Positions 37,359 to 47,249 of a stretch of 64,000 nt of DNA are shown here, in pieces. Under the pieces are notes generated by a model. It was not told the origin of the DNA. It was given only the letters and a program-made list of their open reading frames with translations, and did no database searches. Each line of letters opens with the position of its first letter. Within the stretch, counting starts at the first letter, position 1. Source of the stretch: Patescibacteria group bacterium (lineage in GTDB: Bacteria; Patescibacteriota; Minisyncoccia; Phycocordibacterales; UBA9973). The stretch is taken from positions 5,400 through 69,399 of the forward strand of contig JAZKBO010000004.1 of the NCBI GenBank assembly GCA_040388575.1. The letters are read 5' to 3'. A program made the position numbers and the translations under genes.

Positions 37359-40300
37359 TTATTCCAACACCTCAGGAGTAACTTTATTTTTGAACCCAGT
37401 TCCTGCTGGAATGAGTCGGCCGATGATTACGTTCTCTTTTAGTCCACGAAGGGAATCTACGCCGCCCTTGATAGCATTTTCGATTAAGATACGGTTCGTA
37501 TTCTGGAAGGATGCTGCGGAGAGCCAACTCTTAGTTCGCAGTGATACTTCAGTAATACCTAGAACAACAATTTCAGCTTTGGCTTCCTTGCCACCTTCTT
37601 TAGTAATGCGAACATTTTCCTCAATAAAGGCAGTGTTTTCAACAATATCGCCGATAGAGAAGTTAGTTTCCCCAGCATCTTTGATCTTGCGGCGAGAGAA
37701 CATTTGGCGCACGATAATTTCCGTATGCTTTCTAGAGATAGAGGCACTTTGTAGTTCGTAAACTTTATTGATTTCGGTAATTATGTATTCCTCTACTTGT
37801 TCTTTGCCACCGAATTTAAATATCGCTGCGATGTCCGCTGATCCGTCTGTAAGTAGTTGGCCGGATTTCACTCTGTCCCCTGTTTTTATTATCGGCATTC
37901 TGCGGAAAGGCACCAGGTATTCAATCTCATTCGGCTTGCCATCGAGTTTGGTATCAGAGAGGACTTTAATTAACTTCTCTTTACCTTCTTTATCCTTTAT
38001 CTCAATTACTTCCCCATCACTCTCGGAAATGATAGCTGGATTTTTAGGAATTCGGCGTTCAAAGATTTCTTCAATACGAGGTAAACCAGTAGTGATGTCA
38101 GTACCTGCCACACCTCCAGCGTGGAAAGTTCGCAGCGTTAGCTGAGTTCCTGGCTCACCGATGGCTTGAGCGGCAATAATACCAACTGCTTCACCTTGCT
38201 TGACTATGTGGTTGCGTCCCAAGTCTAGTCCATAGCACATAACGCAAATGCCGTGTACTGTTTTACATGTTAGCGGTGAGCGGACGAATACTTCAGTGAA
38301 TCCGGCCTTTTCTATCGTAATTGCTTCTTCCTTAGTAATCAGGAAGCCTCTCTTGTAAGCCACCTTGCCATCTTTATCCTTCAGGTCGCCGGCCAATACT
38401 CGGCCACGAATATTCTTAGATAGTGGGATTTCAATACCAGAAATATTTTCTTTGGTAACTACTTTTCCTTCCTTAGTACCGCAATCTTCCTCCGTAACAA
38501 CTACATCCTGAGCTACATCCACGAGTCTGCGGGTTAGGTATCCAGCCTTAGCAGTGTTTAGCGCGGTGTCGGATGCTCCCTTACGTGCACCGTGCGTCGT
38601 AACGAAATATTCAATCGGTGAGAGCCCTTCTTGATATGAAGGTATGATTGGAAACTCTAGAGTCTTACCTTGGTTGTTTTGGATGAGTCCTTTCATTCCA
38701 CTCATTTGAGTAAGCTGACCCATAGAACCTCTGGCACCAGAAGTAAATATATCGTAAGTAGAACCATTCTTATCGAGTGACCCTGGCAATACTTTTTCCA
38801 AGTCTTTCTTGGCTTGAGTCCAAATTTCAATAATTTTCTGGTATCGCTCTTCTAGGGATAGAAGACCTTCTTTCCATTCAGATATTACTTGCTCCTCTAA
38901 TTTCCTGCCTTCAGCGATTATCTTCGGCTTCTCCACTGGCACGCTAACGTTATCCAAGCCCCAGGTAATACCAGAAATTGTGGAGTATTTGAATCCGAAC
39001 TCTTTTATCTTGTCCAGTATTGGCGGAGTTTGATCCACGCCATAGGAGAGAATTAATTCGTCAACTAAGGAAGACATTCTCTTCTGGGTCATCTCGTCAT
39101 TAACGTATGAGAAATCATTTGGCAAAATACTATTGAAAAGTAATTTACCAACAGAAGTATCGAATACTTTGCCTTCAAATTTCTTGTACTTAGGTGTATC
39201 AGTAGCTAGAACTTTTATCTTGGCTCGCAGAGAAACAACTCCGTAGTCGAAGGCAGTAATAGCAGTATTTGGATTAGGGAAGTATTTGCCTTCGCCTAAC
39301 TCATTATCTACAAACTTAGTCATCCAGAAAGATCCGAGCACAATGTCCTTACTTGGGTTCACGATTGGGTCACCATTTTGAGGCTTAAGTAGGTTCTTGT
39401 TGGAAGCCATTAATTCTTTGGCTTCTGCTTGAGCTTCTTCTAGAAGTGGTACGTACACAGCCATCTGGTCACCGTCGAAGTCTGCGTTAAAGGCGGCACA
39501 CACGAGTGGGTGCACTTGGATAGCATTACCTTCGATAAGTATTGGGTTGAAAGCCTGAATACCGAGGCGGTGCAGTGTCGGCGCGCGGTTTAGGAGCACA
39601 TACTTGCCTTCAATAACTTCTTCGAGCATGGCCCAAACTTCAGCAGTTCGCTCTTCGATGAGTTTATTGGCACCGCGAATATTGAACGCAAGTTCAGCTT
39701 GAAGAATTTTAGAAATGACGAATGGGCGGAAGAGTTCGAGCGCCATATGCTTTGGCAAACCACACTGATTTAATTTCAATTGCGGACCGACTACGATAAC
39801 GGAACGGCCGGAGTAGTCTACACGCTTACCGAGCAAGTTCTGACGGAAGAGACCTTGTTTTGATTTTAGATTGTCAGATAGGGATTTAAGCGGGCGCTTC
39901 TGGGATTGGCTCATAGCTGCAGAGTCATTTTGCTTAGCAATAGAGTTATCTATCAACGCATCTACTGCTTCCTGAATTATTCTTTTTTCATTTCGAAGAA
40001 TAACGTCAGGAGCATTAATTTCCTTAAGCTTTTTCAAGCGGTTATTGCGGTTGATCACGCGGCGGTATAGGTCGTTAAGGTCGCTTGTTGCATGACGGCC
40101 ACCATCGAGCGCCACCATAGGGCGGAGCACTGGTGGAATAACTGGAATAACTGTTAAGAACATCCACTCTGGACGGATAGAGGCATAAGTCATAGCGCGG
40201 ATAAGGGAGAGCCTCTTTTGTAACTTTTCCTTCTCCACTGCGCTGGCCTTTACTACCATTGCCTCAGTAAGAGTCTTTAGTTTATTTAAGTCTAGATTTT

Positions 40301-40967
40301 TAAATATGGAATATATTGCCTCCGCCCCAATGTTGGCTTCAAAGCAAGTTCCATATTTTAAGGAATAATGATGGAAAGAAATTTCATTGAGCACCTTACC
40401 CTCGTATATTTCACCGATTTCTTTTTTGGTAACTGAAAGTAAAGTCTTCAACTTCTCGCGAGTTTCCTCGTCTGGAATACTTTTAACCTTTGTCTTGTAC
40501 TCTTTATCCAGGCCGCTGATAAGAGTAGCTTTTTCTTCCTCATGCACCTTGGTAATGATGTAGCCGGCAAAGTAAATAACCTTCTCTAGGTCAGAGACAG
40601 AAATATTAAGGAGGATACTCATGCGGGATGGTACGCCACGTAGGAACCAGATGTGGGAAACTGGAGTAGAGAGCTCAATATGGCCCATGCGTTCACGACG
40701 AACGATAGAGCGGGTAACTTCCACGCCACACTTCTCGCAGATAATGTCCTTATACCTTATGCGGCGGTACTTTCCACAGTAACATTCATAATCCTTCTCC
40801 GGTCCGAAAATCTTCTCGTCGAAAAGGCCTCCACGCTCAGAGCGGCCAGTTCGATAATTTATCGTCTCAGGCTTGGTGACTTCCCCGTAGGACCATTCCT
40901 TGATCTGCTCCGGTGATGCGAGACGTAGTGTGATGTAATCAAATTCAGTTAAATTTAAAGTTTTCAT
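37359..40967 (-). CDS. rpoC: DNA-directed RNA polymerase subunit beta'
   Basis: [15 protein letters not shown], zinc-binding Cys N-terminus, 1202 aa. Confidence 0.9.
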   Translation of the reverse strand: MKTLNLTEFDYITLRLASPEQIKEWSYGEVTKPETINYRTGRSERGGLFDEKIFGPEKDYECYCGKYRRIRYKDIICEKCGVEVTRSIVRRERMGHIELSTPVSHIWFLRGVPSRMSILLNISVSDLEKVIYFAGYIITKVHEEEKATLISGLDKEYKTKVKSIPDEETREKLKTLLSVTKKEIGEIYEGKVLNEISFHHYSLKYGTCFEANIGAEAIYSIFKNLDLNKLKTLTEAMVVKASAVEKEKLQKRLSLIRAMTYASIRPEWMFLTVIPVIPPVLRPMVALDGGRHATSDLNDLYRRVINRNNRLKKLKEINAPDVILRNEKRIIQEAVDALIDNSIAKQNDSAAMSQSQKRPLKSLSDNLKSKQGLFRQNLLGKRVDYSGRSVIVVGPQLKLNQCGLPKHMALELFRPFVISKILQAELAFNIRGANKLIEERTAEVWAMLEEVIEGKYVLLNRAPTLHRLGIQAFNPILIEGNAIQVHPLVCAAFNADFDGDQMAVYVPLLEEAQAEAKELMASNKNLLKPQNGDPIVNPSKDIVLGSFWMTKFVDNELGEGKYFPNPNTAITAFDYGVVSLRAKIKVLATDTPKYKKFEGKVFDTSVGKLLFNSILPNDFSYVNDEMTQKRMSSLVDELILSYGVDQTPPILDKIKEFGFKYSTISGITWGLDNVSVPVEKPKIIAEGRKLEEQVISEWKEGLLSLEERYQKIIEIWTQAKKDLEKVLPGSLDKNGSTYDIFTSGARGSMGQLTQMSGMKGLIQNNQGKTLEFPIIPSYQEGLSPIEYFVTTHGARKGASDTALNTAKAGYLTRRLVDVAQDVVVTEEDCGTKEGKVVTKENISGIEIPLSKNIRGRVLAGDLKDKDGKVAYKRGFLITKEEAITIEKAGFTEVFVRSPLTCKTVHGICVMCYGLDLGRNHIVKQGEAVGIIAAQAIGEPGTQLTLRTFHAGGVAGTDITTGLPRIEEIFERRIPKNPAIISESDGEVIEIKDKEGKEKLIKVLSDTKLDGKPNEIEYLVPFRRMPIIKTGDRVKSGQLLTDGSADIAAIFKFGGKEQVEEYIITEINKVYELQSASISRKHTEIIVRQMFSRRKIKDAGETNFSIGDIVENTAFIEENVRITKEGGKEAKAEIVVLGITEVSLRTKSWLSAASFQNTNRILIENAIKGGVDSLRGLKENVIIGRLIPAGTGFKNKVTPEVLE

Positions 40968-40984
40968 ATAATTTTTTTGTTATT

Positions 40985-43900
40985 TTATTCCTCTAATTTC
41001 TCCTGAATTTCTTTCGGGGAGTATTTTTTAAGATTTACATCAAGTGCTAGACCTCTTAAGTAATTTAAGAGCACATTGAATGACGCTGGTGAGTTCGGGG
41101 AGCGAATCTTTTCATTCTTGATAATAGAGTCGAAGGTAGCAGAGCGGCCGAGGATATCGTCGGACTTGATGGTGAGCATTTCACGTAGTGTGTATGCAGC
41201 GCCGTAGCCTTCGAGTGCCCAGACTTCCATTTCTCCGAATCTCTGTCCGCCGCCTTGAGCTTTACCGCCGAGTGGCTGTTGGGTGATGAGCGAGTAGGGA
41301 CCAATGGAACGCATATGGATCTTGTCTTCCACCATATGGTGCAGCTTGAGCATATACATATATCCTACTGCTACGTCTTGCTGGAAAGCCTCGCCTGTGC
41401 GGCCGTCAAATAGCTTCATTTTGCCGCTCTCTGGCAATCCCGCTGCTTTTAATTCTGCCTTTATCTCTTCATGACGAGCTCCTAGGAATGGAGGCACAAT
41501 TGCCTGATAGCCTAAAGTGTTAGCAGCCATACCTAGGTGAATTTCTAGAATTTGACCCAAGTTCATACGTGATGGCACGCCGAGTGGTGAGAGGATGATA
41601 TCAACTGGAGTACCATCTTCCATGTATGGCATATCTTCCTCTGGTAGAACTGTTGAAATAACACCCTTGTTACCGTGGCGGCCCGAGAGCTTGTCTCCAA
41701 CTGAAATGTTTCGGATCTGGGCAACTTCGATAACAATTTTCTTGATGATGCCAGCTTCTAGTGTATGGCCAAGGTCGCGAGAGAAAATTTTAACTCCGAT
41801 TATGCGCCCACGCTTGCCGTGTTCCATACGCAGCGATGTGTCTTTAACATCACGAGCCTTTTCCGCAAAGATAGAGCGGAGCAATCTCTCCTCTGGAGTA
41901 AGTTCCGTCTCACCCTTTGGGGTAATTTTACCAACTAAAATATCATTTTCGCGAACTTCAGCTCCGATACGGACAATGCCGTCCTCATCTAGGTCCTTAA
42001 GTTTAAGCTCACCCACATTCGGGATATCGCGAGTAGTAATTTCCGGCCCAAGCTTAGTATCGCGAACAGTACAAATAAATTCCTCAACATATACAGATGT
42101 AAATTTACTTTTCTTTACTAGGCGTTCAGAAATAATTATAGCGTCTTCGTATGTTGAACCTGACCAAGAAAGGAAAGCAACTAGAATATTCTGCCCGATA
42201 GAAATCTGCCCACCTACAGTGCTCGAAGTGTCGGCAAGAACTCCACCCTTCTTTACCTTATCTCCTACTGATACTGCAGAGCGCTGGTGGAATACAGAGA
42301 AGTTGTTGTTGCGCAGGAAATTAACTAATGGATAAGTCTTTTCGCTCTTGCCTTTTACTACTACTTTCTTCGAATCTAAGTATGAAACTACTCCTTCCTC
42401 TTCGGCGAGGACAAGACGGCCACCATCGCGGGATGCTAACTCTTCAATACCAGTTGCAACTAGTGGCACTTCTGGTAGTACGCATGGTACTGCCTGCTTT
42501 TGCATGTTCGAGCCCATCAGCGCACGGTTAGCGTCGTTGTGTTCGAGGAATGGAATCATAGAAGTAGCAAGTGAGAATGCTTGGTTGGCAGCAACGTCAA
42601 TAAAGTCCACTGCTTCGCGAGCAATAGTTCCTGGCTCTGTTTTTACTCTCGCCTCAACTTTTTCTTCAGTGATTTTACCTGTTTCTTCGTCATACGGAAT
42701 ACCAGCGTGCGCAATGTTGTACTTTTCTTCATCGAGTGCATTGAGGTAAACCATCTCGCCAGTGATCTTACCATTCTTAACTTTGATATATGGGGTTTCG
42801 ATTATACCGAATTCATTTATTTTGGCATATGTTGAAAGGTGCACGATAAGACCGATGTTCGGACCTTCAGGAGTATGAATAGGACAAACGCGGCCGTAGT
42901 GGGATGGGTGCACGTCACGCACTTCGAGGCCCGCTCGCTCGCGAGTTAAGCCTCCTGGACCAAGAGCTGAAAGTAAGCGTAGGTGCTCCATTTCCGCAAG
43001 CACATTTTCCTGACTCATGAATTGAGAGAGCTGGTTGGTAGTGAAAAATTCTTTAATACGAGCCTGTAGTGGGCGCTGGTTAATGATCTGGATAGGCATC
43101 GCTGTCTGCACATCGATGATAGACATGCGGTCCTGAATGTTGCGCTTGATCTGCATCATACCGGTGCGGATCTTTTGCTGTAGAATTTCACCGACGAAGC
43201 GCACACGACGTTGACCGAGGTGGTCGATGTCGTCACTCTTTGCTCCCGGGGTATTGTTAAGAACAATAATATGGGTAATTACTGTGAGTAAATCTTCTTT
43301 GGAAATTGTGCGGCGAGCCATTTCAGCCTCATCCATACTCTTATTGAAGCGCTGATTGAAACGGAAACGTCCAACTGGGGAGAGGTCATAACGCTCAGAA
43401 GTAAATAATGAATTTATAAATTCTTTAGCATTTTCCGCAGTAGCCATGTCACCATCGCGTAGGCGCTTGTAGATTTCAATATAGGATTCACTTAAAGTTT
43501 TTACGCCATCCTTAGCTAGACATGCCTTAATAGCTTCCTCGGTTACTGGATTCTTAGCAAAAGCTTTAGTGATAGCTTCACTCGTCTCATAGCCCATTGC
43601 CCGTAGGAGTGCAGTAGCTGGGAACTTCCTCTTTTTGTCTATTCTTATGTAAATTGCGCCGTCAGCTTCAGACTCTATTTCAATCCAGACTCCGCGAGCT
43701 GGGATAATCTTGGCTCCGAAGTATGTTTTACCCTTACTCTCGCTTTGAGTGAAGAAAACACCGAAGCTTCTGGCAAGCTGCGGCACGATAACTCGCTCTA
43801 CGCCGTTGATGATGAAGGTTCCGTGTGGAGTCATTACTGGGAGGTCGGACATGAATATCTCTTGCTCCTTTACAGTGCCTAGGATTTTATTAGTGAGCTT

Positions 43901-44179
43901 CACGCGCACTTTCAGCGCTCCCTGGTAAGAGAGTTTATTTACTTTTGTATCATTCTCATCTGTCTTCGGCTCGCCGAGCGAGAAGGAAGAAAATTCCAAT
44001 TGGAACTTTTTACCGGAGTAGTCCGATATTGGTGAGAATTCTTTGAAAACTTCTTTGATCCCCTGTTCCACCAGCCACTTGTAGGATTTGAGTTGAGCTT
44101 CGATCAAATTTGGGAATTCGACCAACGGCTTCTTGTACCTACCAAAATACTTCTTCGGACGCTTGAGATCTGTTTGCAT
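40985..44179 (-). CDS. rpoB: DNA-directed RNA polymerase subunit beta
   Basis: Conserved RpoB blocks throughout (…GRHGNKGV…, …MRSIGPYSLITQQPLGGKAQ…). The ORF is open to 44221. The start is assigned to MQTDLKRPKK at 44179. Confidence 0.9.
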   Translation of the reverse strand: MQTDLKRPKKYFGRYKKPLVEFPNLIEAQLKSYKWLVEQGIKEVFKEFSPISDYSGKKFQLEFSSFSLGEPKTDENDTKVNKLSYQGALKVRVKLTNKILGTVKEQEIFMSDLPVMTPHGTFIINGVERVIVPQLARSFGVFFTQSESKGKTYFGAKIIPARGVWIEIESEADGAIYIRIDKKRKFPATALLRAMGYETSEAITKAFAKNPVTEEAIKACLAKDGVKTLSESYIEIYKRLRDGDMATAENAKEFINSLFTSERYDLSPVGRFRFNQRFNKSMDEAEMARRTISKEDLLTVITHIIVLNNTPGAKSDDIDHLGQRRVRFVGEILQQKIRTGMMQIKRNIQDRMSIIDVQTAMPIQIINQRPLQARIKEFFTTNQLSQFMSQENVLAEMEHLRLLSALGPGGLTRERAGLEVRDVHPSHYGRVCPIHTPEGPNIGLIVHLSTYAKINEFGIIETPYIKVKNGKITGEMVYLNALDEEKYNIAHAGIPYDEETGKITEEKVEARVKTEPGTIAREAVDFIDVAANQAFSLATSMIPFLEHNDANRALMGSNMQKQAVPCVLPEVPLVATGIEELASRDGGRLVLAEEEGVVSYLDSKKVVVKGKSEKTYPLVNFLRNNNFSVFHQRSAVSVGDKVKKGGVLADTSSTVGGQISIGQNILVAFLSWSGSTYEDAIIISERLVKKSKFTSVYVEEFICTVRDTKLGPEITTRDIPNVGELKLKDLDEDGIVRIGAEVRENDILVGKITPKGETELTPEERLLRSIFAEKARDVKDTSLRMEHGKRGRIIGVKIFSRDLGHTLEAGIIKKIVIEVAQIRNISVGDKLSGRHGNKGVISTVLPEEDMPYMEDGTPVDIILSPLGVPSRMNLGQILEIHLGMAANTLGYQAIVPPFLGARHEEIKAELKAAGLPESGKMKLFDGRTGEAFQQDVAVGYMYMLKLHHMVEDKIHMRSIGPYSLITQQPLGGKAQGGGQRFGEMEVWALEGYGAAYTLREMLTIKSDDILGRSATFDSIIKNEKIRSPNSPASFNVLLNYLRGLALDVNLKKYSPKEIQEKLEE

Positions 44180-44328
44180 AATAGTTTTCTCTCCCCGCTG
44201 TGCGGGGTAAGAAATAAACAAAACAAAAGAGAGAAAAGGCTTTTGCTTTACTTACTTCCTATAAATTAAAAAACGCCTTTTTTAAGGGCCTAATAATGGA
44301 GAAACGTCATTACTCAATCGGTATTACC

Positions 44329-44356
44329 AGTATACTCGGATTAGTTTTTTTGTCAA
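44329..44356 (-). promoter_or_regulatory. candidate rpoB promoter TTGACA-N16-TATACT
   Basis: The reverse strand reads TTGACAaaaaaactaatccgagTATACT, about 150 nt upstream of the rpoB start. A CCCCGCtgtGCGGGG hairpin lies in the leader. Confidence 0.35.
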
Positions 44357-44408
44357 ATGTGCATAAAAACACAAAGTCGAGCGCGACTCTGTGGTCGTAC
44401 TCGACTAC

Positions 44409-44729
44409 TTACTTGGACTCTCTCTTTTCTGCCTTCACGCATTCGTCCCGCAGTGTCAGGGCGATTCGAAAAACTGCGTGCGTGAGTTTGTCTTTCTCTG
44501 GGGCGATGAGGTCGGTCCGGTGAGTCGACACCCGAATCACTGCTGACAGTAGTGCTCGCATGTCATCTTCCGGAACTTCATCAAAAATAGAGTCGACTAT
44601 GGCTTTATGAAGAGCAAGGTAAAAGCTCACCAAATCGCCCAAACGCTGCTCCCCACATTCTCGCAGTTCAGCCTTCAACATCGATTCCATCGTTTTGACA
44701 GCTTCCTTATTAGGATAAACTGGCAACAT
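44409..44729 (-). CDS. G+C-rich hypothetical acidic protein (cassette B)
   Basis: SD GGAGG lies 6 nt before ATG (MLPVYPNKEAV...). Promoter TTGACA-N17-TAGGCT at 44750-44778. AGTCGcgctCGACT plus a T-run terminator sits downstream. G+C is clearly above the flanks. Confidence 0.5.
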   Translation of the reverse strand: MLPVYPNKEAVKTMESMLKAELRECGEQRLGDLVSFYLALHKAIVDSIFDEVPEDDMRALLSAVIRVSTHRTDLIAPEKDKLTHAVFRIALTLRDECVKAEKRESK

Positions 44730-44782
44730 GGGAACCTCCTCCATTTATTAGCCTACTATCTGTAAAGTTGTTGTCAAACTAT

Positions 44783-45430
44783 TTATTTCCTCTTCTTCCA
44801 CTCCTCTATCTTGGCGTGATTTCCAGAAAGCAAAACTTTAGGCACACGGTAGTTTTTACCCTTATGTTTAAGGATTTCAGGGCGAGTGTAAACTTCACTA
44901 GAGGAAACTCGTTCTTCTTCGAGCGATTCGTATTTACCCAGAACGCCAGGGATTTGGCGGGAAATGGAGTCGATCAGGATCATGGCTGGCAGCTCCCCGC
45001 CAGTTACTACATAGTCCCCTATGGAGTATTTCTTGGTCTTAAAAATTTTATCCACGCGTGCATCAATGCCTTCGTACCTGCCACAAATTAAAATAATATC
45101 TTTGTAATTTTTAGATAACTTTTTTGCTTCACCGGTGGTAAACTTTTCTGCAGTTGGAATAAAATTTATTACCAGAACTTTTCCCTTCGATTTACTCAGG
45201 GCCTTCGCCACTGCTGCGGCTACGGGCTCCGCCCTCATTACCATACCAGGCCCGCCGCCATAAGGCTTGTCGTCCACTGGCCTGTAATTATTCTTGGGTG
45301 CTTTAATGAAGTCCCGTGGATTATAAAATTTAATATCAATATGCTTATTCTTTATCGCCCGGCCAATAATAGACTCATTTAAATATGAGTCGAACATGTC
45401 CGGAAAAATTGTAATTATGTGAAAATTCAT
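44783..45430 (-). CDS. trmD: tRNA (guanine37-N1)-methyltransferase
   Basis: MNFHIITIFPDMFDSYLNESIIGRA... and GGELPAMILIDSISR (SPOUT knot). Confidence 0.85.
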   Translation of the reverse strand: MNFHIITIFPDMFDSYLNESIIGRAIKNKHIDIKFYNPRDFIKAPKNNYRPVDDKPYGGGPGMVMRAEPVAAAVAKALSKSKGKVLVINFIPTAEKFTTGEAKKLSKNYKDIILICGRYEGIDARVDKIFKTKKYSIGDYVVTGGELPAMILIDSISRQIPGVLGKYESLEEERVSSSEVYTRPEILKHKGKNYRVPKVLLSGNHAKIEEWKKRK

Positions 45431-45517
45431 TCTTGTTTTACTTTGTATTTATATCACAAATTCATTAAAAGTAGTGACGGCCGGCAACCTTCTGGTTGCC
45501 GGCCTGTTCACGATGCT

Positions 45518-45745
45518 TCAGCGTGCGTGCAGTCTGTAGTGGTAGATGCTGTTCCATTGGATGGCACGGAGCCCACGCGTCGCAGCCCAGCTATCGACTT
45601 GGGCTGGCAGTTCGCTGTCCGGCATTACACCGGCCTCGGCAAGAAACGCCTTGAGCTCCTCCACCATTTGGGGTTGCGGTCCCGCGTCGCCCAGGATTCG
45701 GATATCTCTATTGTGCATCCACACTTCGTAAAGAGCCTTCGTCAT
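45518..45745 (-). CDS. G+C-rich hypothetical protein, 75 aa (cassette C1)
   Basis: Promoter TTGACT-N16-CATAAT (45765-45792). SD GAGGGT, ATG at 45745 (MTKALYEVWMHNRD...). A GGCCGGCAACCttctGGTTGCCGGCC hairpin lies downstream. The ORF is open to 45796. Confidence 0.45.
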   Translation of the reverse strand: MTKALYEVWMHNRDIRILGDAGPQPQMVEELKAFLAEAGVMPDSELPAQVDSWAATRGLRAIQWNSIYHYRLHAR

Positions 45746-45764
45746 GTTAGGTACCCTCAATACT

Positions 45765-45792
45765 ATTATGTCACTTTTATATAAAAAGTCAA
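45765..45792 (-). promoter_or_regulatory. sigma70 promoter with extended -10 (TTGACT-N16-tgaCATAAT) driving cassette C1
   Basis: Part of a ~28-bp element, tcacttttatataaaaagtcaaacaaaa, that is repeated at 46321-46348. Confidence 0.5.
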
Positions 45793-45871
45793 ACAAAATT
45801 CTTTATTAAAATAGTTATGGCCGGCCTCATCTTTCGATAAGTCCGGCCACGTTGCTTGAGCCTTATGGCTC

Positions 45872-46264
45872 TTACTGCACGATTTGCACCGGCAGCTGGA
45901 TGTACGCTGGGAACTGATGAGTCGCGTCGTGCACTTCGACCCACCACTGATCCTTCTTCCACTTGCCGCCGACTTCCATGCCCACTTGTGCGGCCAGGCA
46001 GCCCATTGCTCCCCATTCCTCACCCTTGTCATTGAGCAATGAGTAGCGGTCCATATCGAGCGTGACCGCCCCGAGCTTGGCCGTCATCCGGCCATGCCGC
46101 TGGAGGTCGGGGTTCCTGGCAGGCGGGACCGGTCTTACCGGCACCTCCGTTACGGCGGGAGCGACAGTGGTCGAGCACGGCTTCCCTTTCATGAGGCCGA
46201 TGCCCAGACCCACCAAAGCCCCCACCATGAAAACGTTAAACAAGCCAATCCCTCTTCGAAACAT
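45872..46264 (-). CDS. G+C-rich hypothetical membrane-anchored protein, 130 aa (cassette C2)
   Basis: Promoter TTGACT-N16-TATAAT (46315-46342) with TGn. SD AGGAG lies 4 nt before ATG. N-terminal TM (GLFNVFMVGALVGLGIGL), then a Pro-rich linker. Long hairpin TGGCCGGACTTATCGaaaGATGAGGCCGGCCA plus a U-rich tract downstream. Confidence 0.5.
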   Translation of the reverse strand: MFRRGIGLFNVFMVGALVGLGIGLMKGKPCSTTVAPAVTEVPVRPVPPARNPDLQRHGRMTAKLGAVTLDMDRYSLLNDKGEEWGAMGCLAAQVGMEVGGKWKKDQWWVEVHDATHQFPAYIQLPVQIVQ

Positions 46265-46314
46265 ATTACTCCTGTCTGCGCATCCAAGCGCCTTAATCGA
46301 GATACTTACTACTA

Positions 46315-46342
46315 TATTATATCACTTTTGTATAAAAAGTCA
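46315..46342 (-). promoter_or_regulatory. near-consensus sigma70 promoter (TTGACT-N16-TGaTATAAT) driving cassette C2
   Basis: Second copy of the repeated promoter element. It lies directly downstream of the khpA terminator. Confidence 0.55.
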
Positions 46343-46368
46343 AACAAAAAACTCCGACCTGGGTCGGA
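46341..46368 (-). terminator. rho-independent terminator of khpA (bidirectional hairpin CTCCGACCtggGTCGGAG)
   Basis: On the minus strand the hairpin is followed by TTTTTTGTTT. On the plus strand it is followed by CTCTTTGTTTTTATATTTTT. Confidence 0.6.
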
Positions 46369-46396
46369 GCTCTTTGTTTTTATATTTTTCTAGAAA

Positions 46397-46801
46397 CTAA
46401 ATACCCTTAAGGTCCTCCATTGCTTCATCCACAGTTTTAAGTGAAGAAGGTGCTGCGCCTGGGGATCTCTCTCCTGGAGCTCGAGGTGGGATGTCACTGG
46501 TTGTGCCCATTCCCCCATCCATGCCTCGGTCGCCGCCATGGCCTCCGGTACCGCCTTCAGGCTCGTTAATCTTCAAGTTCACGCGAGCATTATTCTTCAT
46601 ACCTATGATGCGGAGCAATGTGCGGATAGCTTTAGCAGTGTTGCCCATGCGGCCGATGATTTTACCCATGTCTGCTGGGTTAACTGTCAGGGTTATAAGT
46701 ACGCCCATTTCGTCGACTGTCCTATCGATCTTTACATCATTTGGATTGTCAACGAGAGCCTTAACTACATATTCTAGAAATACTTTGTCTGCGTCTTGCA
46801 T
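46397..46801 (-). CDS. khpA: KH-domain RNA-binding protein KhpA (YlqC-like) with Gly/Pro-rich C-terminal tail
   Basis: KH core VNPADMGKIIGRMGNTAKAIRTLL. Lies downstream of rpsP, as in the canonical rpsP-khpA-rimM-trmD operon. Tail GGTGGHGGDRGMDGGMG... Confidence 0.7.
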   Translation of the reverse strand: MQDADKVFLEYVVKALVDNPNDVKIDRTVDEMGVLITLTVNPADMGKIIGRMGNTAKAIRTLLRIIGMKNNARVNLKINEPEGGTGGHGGDRGMDGGMGTTSDIPPRAPGERSPGAAPSSLKTVDEAMEDLKGI

Positions 46802-46900
46802 AATATCTTATCTATTTAAGCTTCTAAATTCTCTTACTGAGAGTGGCAGTATACGACGGACTGCTTATTTAATTATATCAAAATGAGAGTCTAAAGCAAA

Positions 46901-47209
46901 TTATTTTTTCGCTTTGAGTTCCTTTCTTTTTACAGTTGGCTTTTTCTTTGGAAGAACGTTTATTTTCTTACCTTCTATCGCCTTCTGGAGCACCAGGAAG
47001 TTGTGCATAGTTGGAGAGAGCTGGGCGCCCTTACTAATCCAGTGCTTCATCCTCTCGGTTTCAAATTTAGCCTCCCCTGCTTTCGGGTTATAAGTGCCTA
47101 GAATTTCTAAAAACCTGCCGCTCTTGGTGGAGTTCTTGGAGTCGGTTAAAACTGCCCTGAAGGAAGGGTCATTCTTGCGGCCTATTCGCTGTAAACGTAT
47201 TTTTAACAT
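46901..47209 (-). CDS. rpsP: 30S ribosomal protein S16
   Basis: MLKIRLQRIGRKNDPSFRAVLTDSKNS...GRFLEILGTYNP. Confidence 0.85.
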   Translation of the reverse strand: MLKIRLQRIGRKNDPSFRAVLTDSKNSTKSGRFLEILGTYNPKAGEAKFETERMKHWISKGAQLSPTMHNFLVLQKAIEGKKINVLPKKKPTVKRKELKAKK

Positions 47210-47249
47210 TGTTTGAGTCTAACATAGAAATTTAAAAAAGCAATATTCT

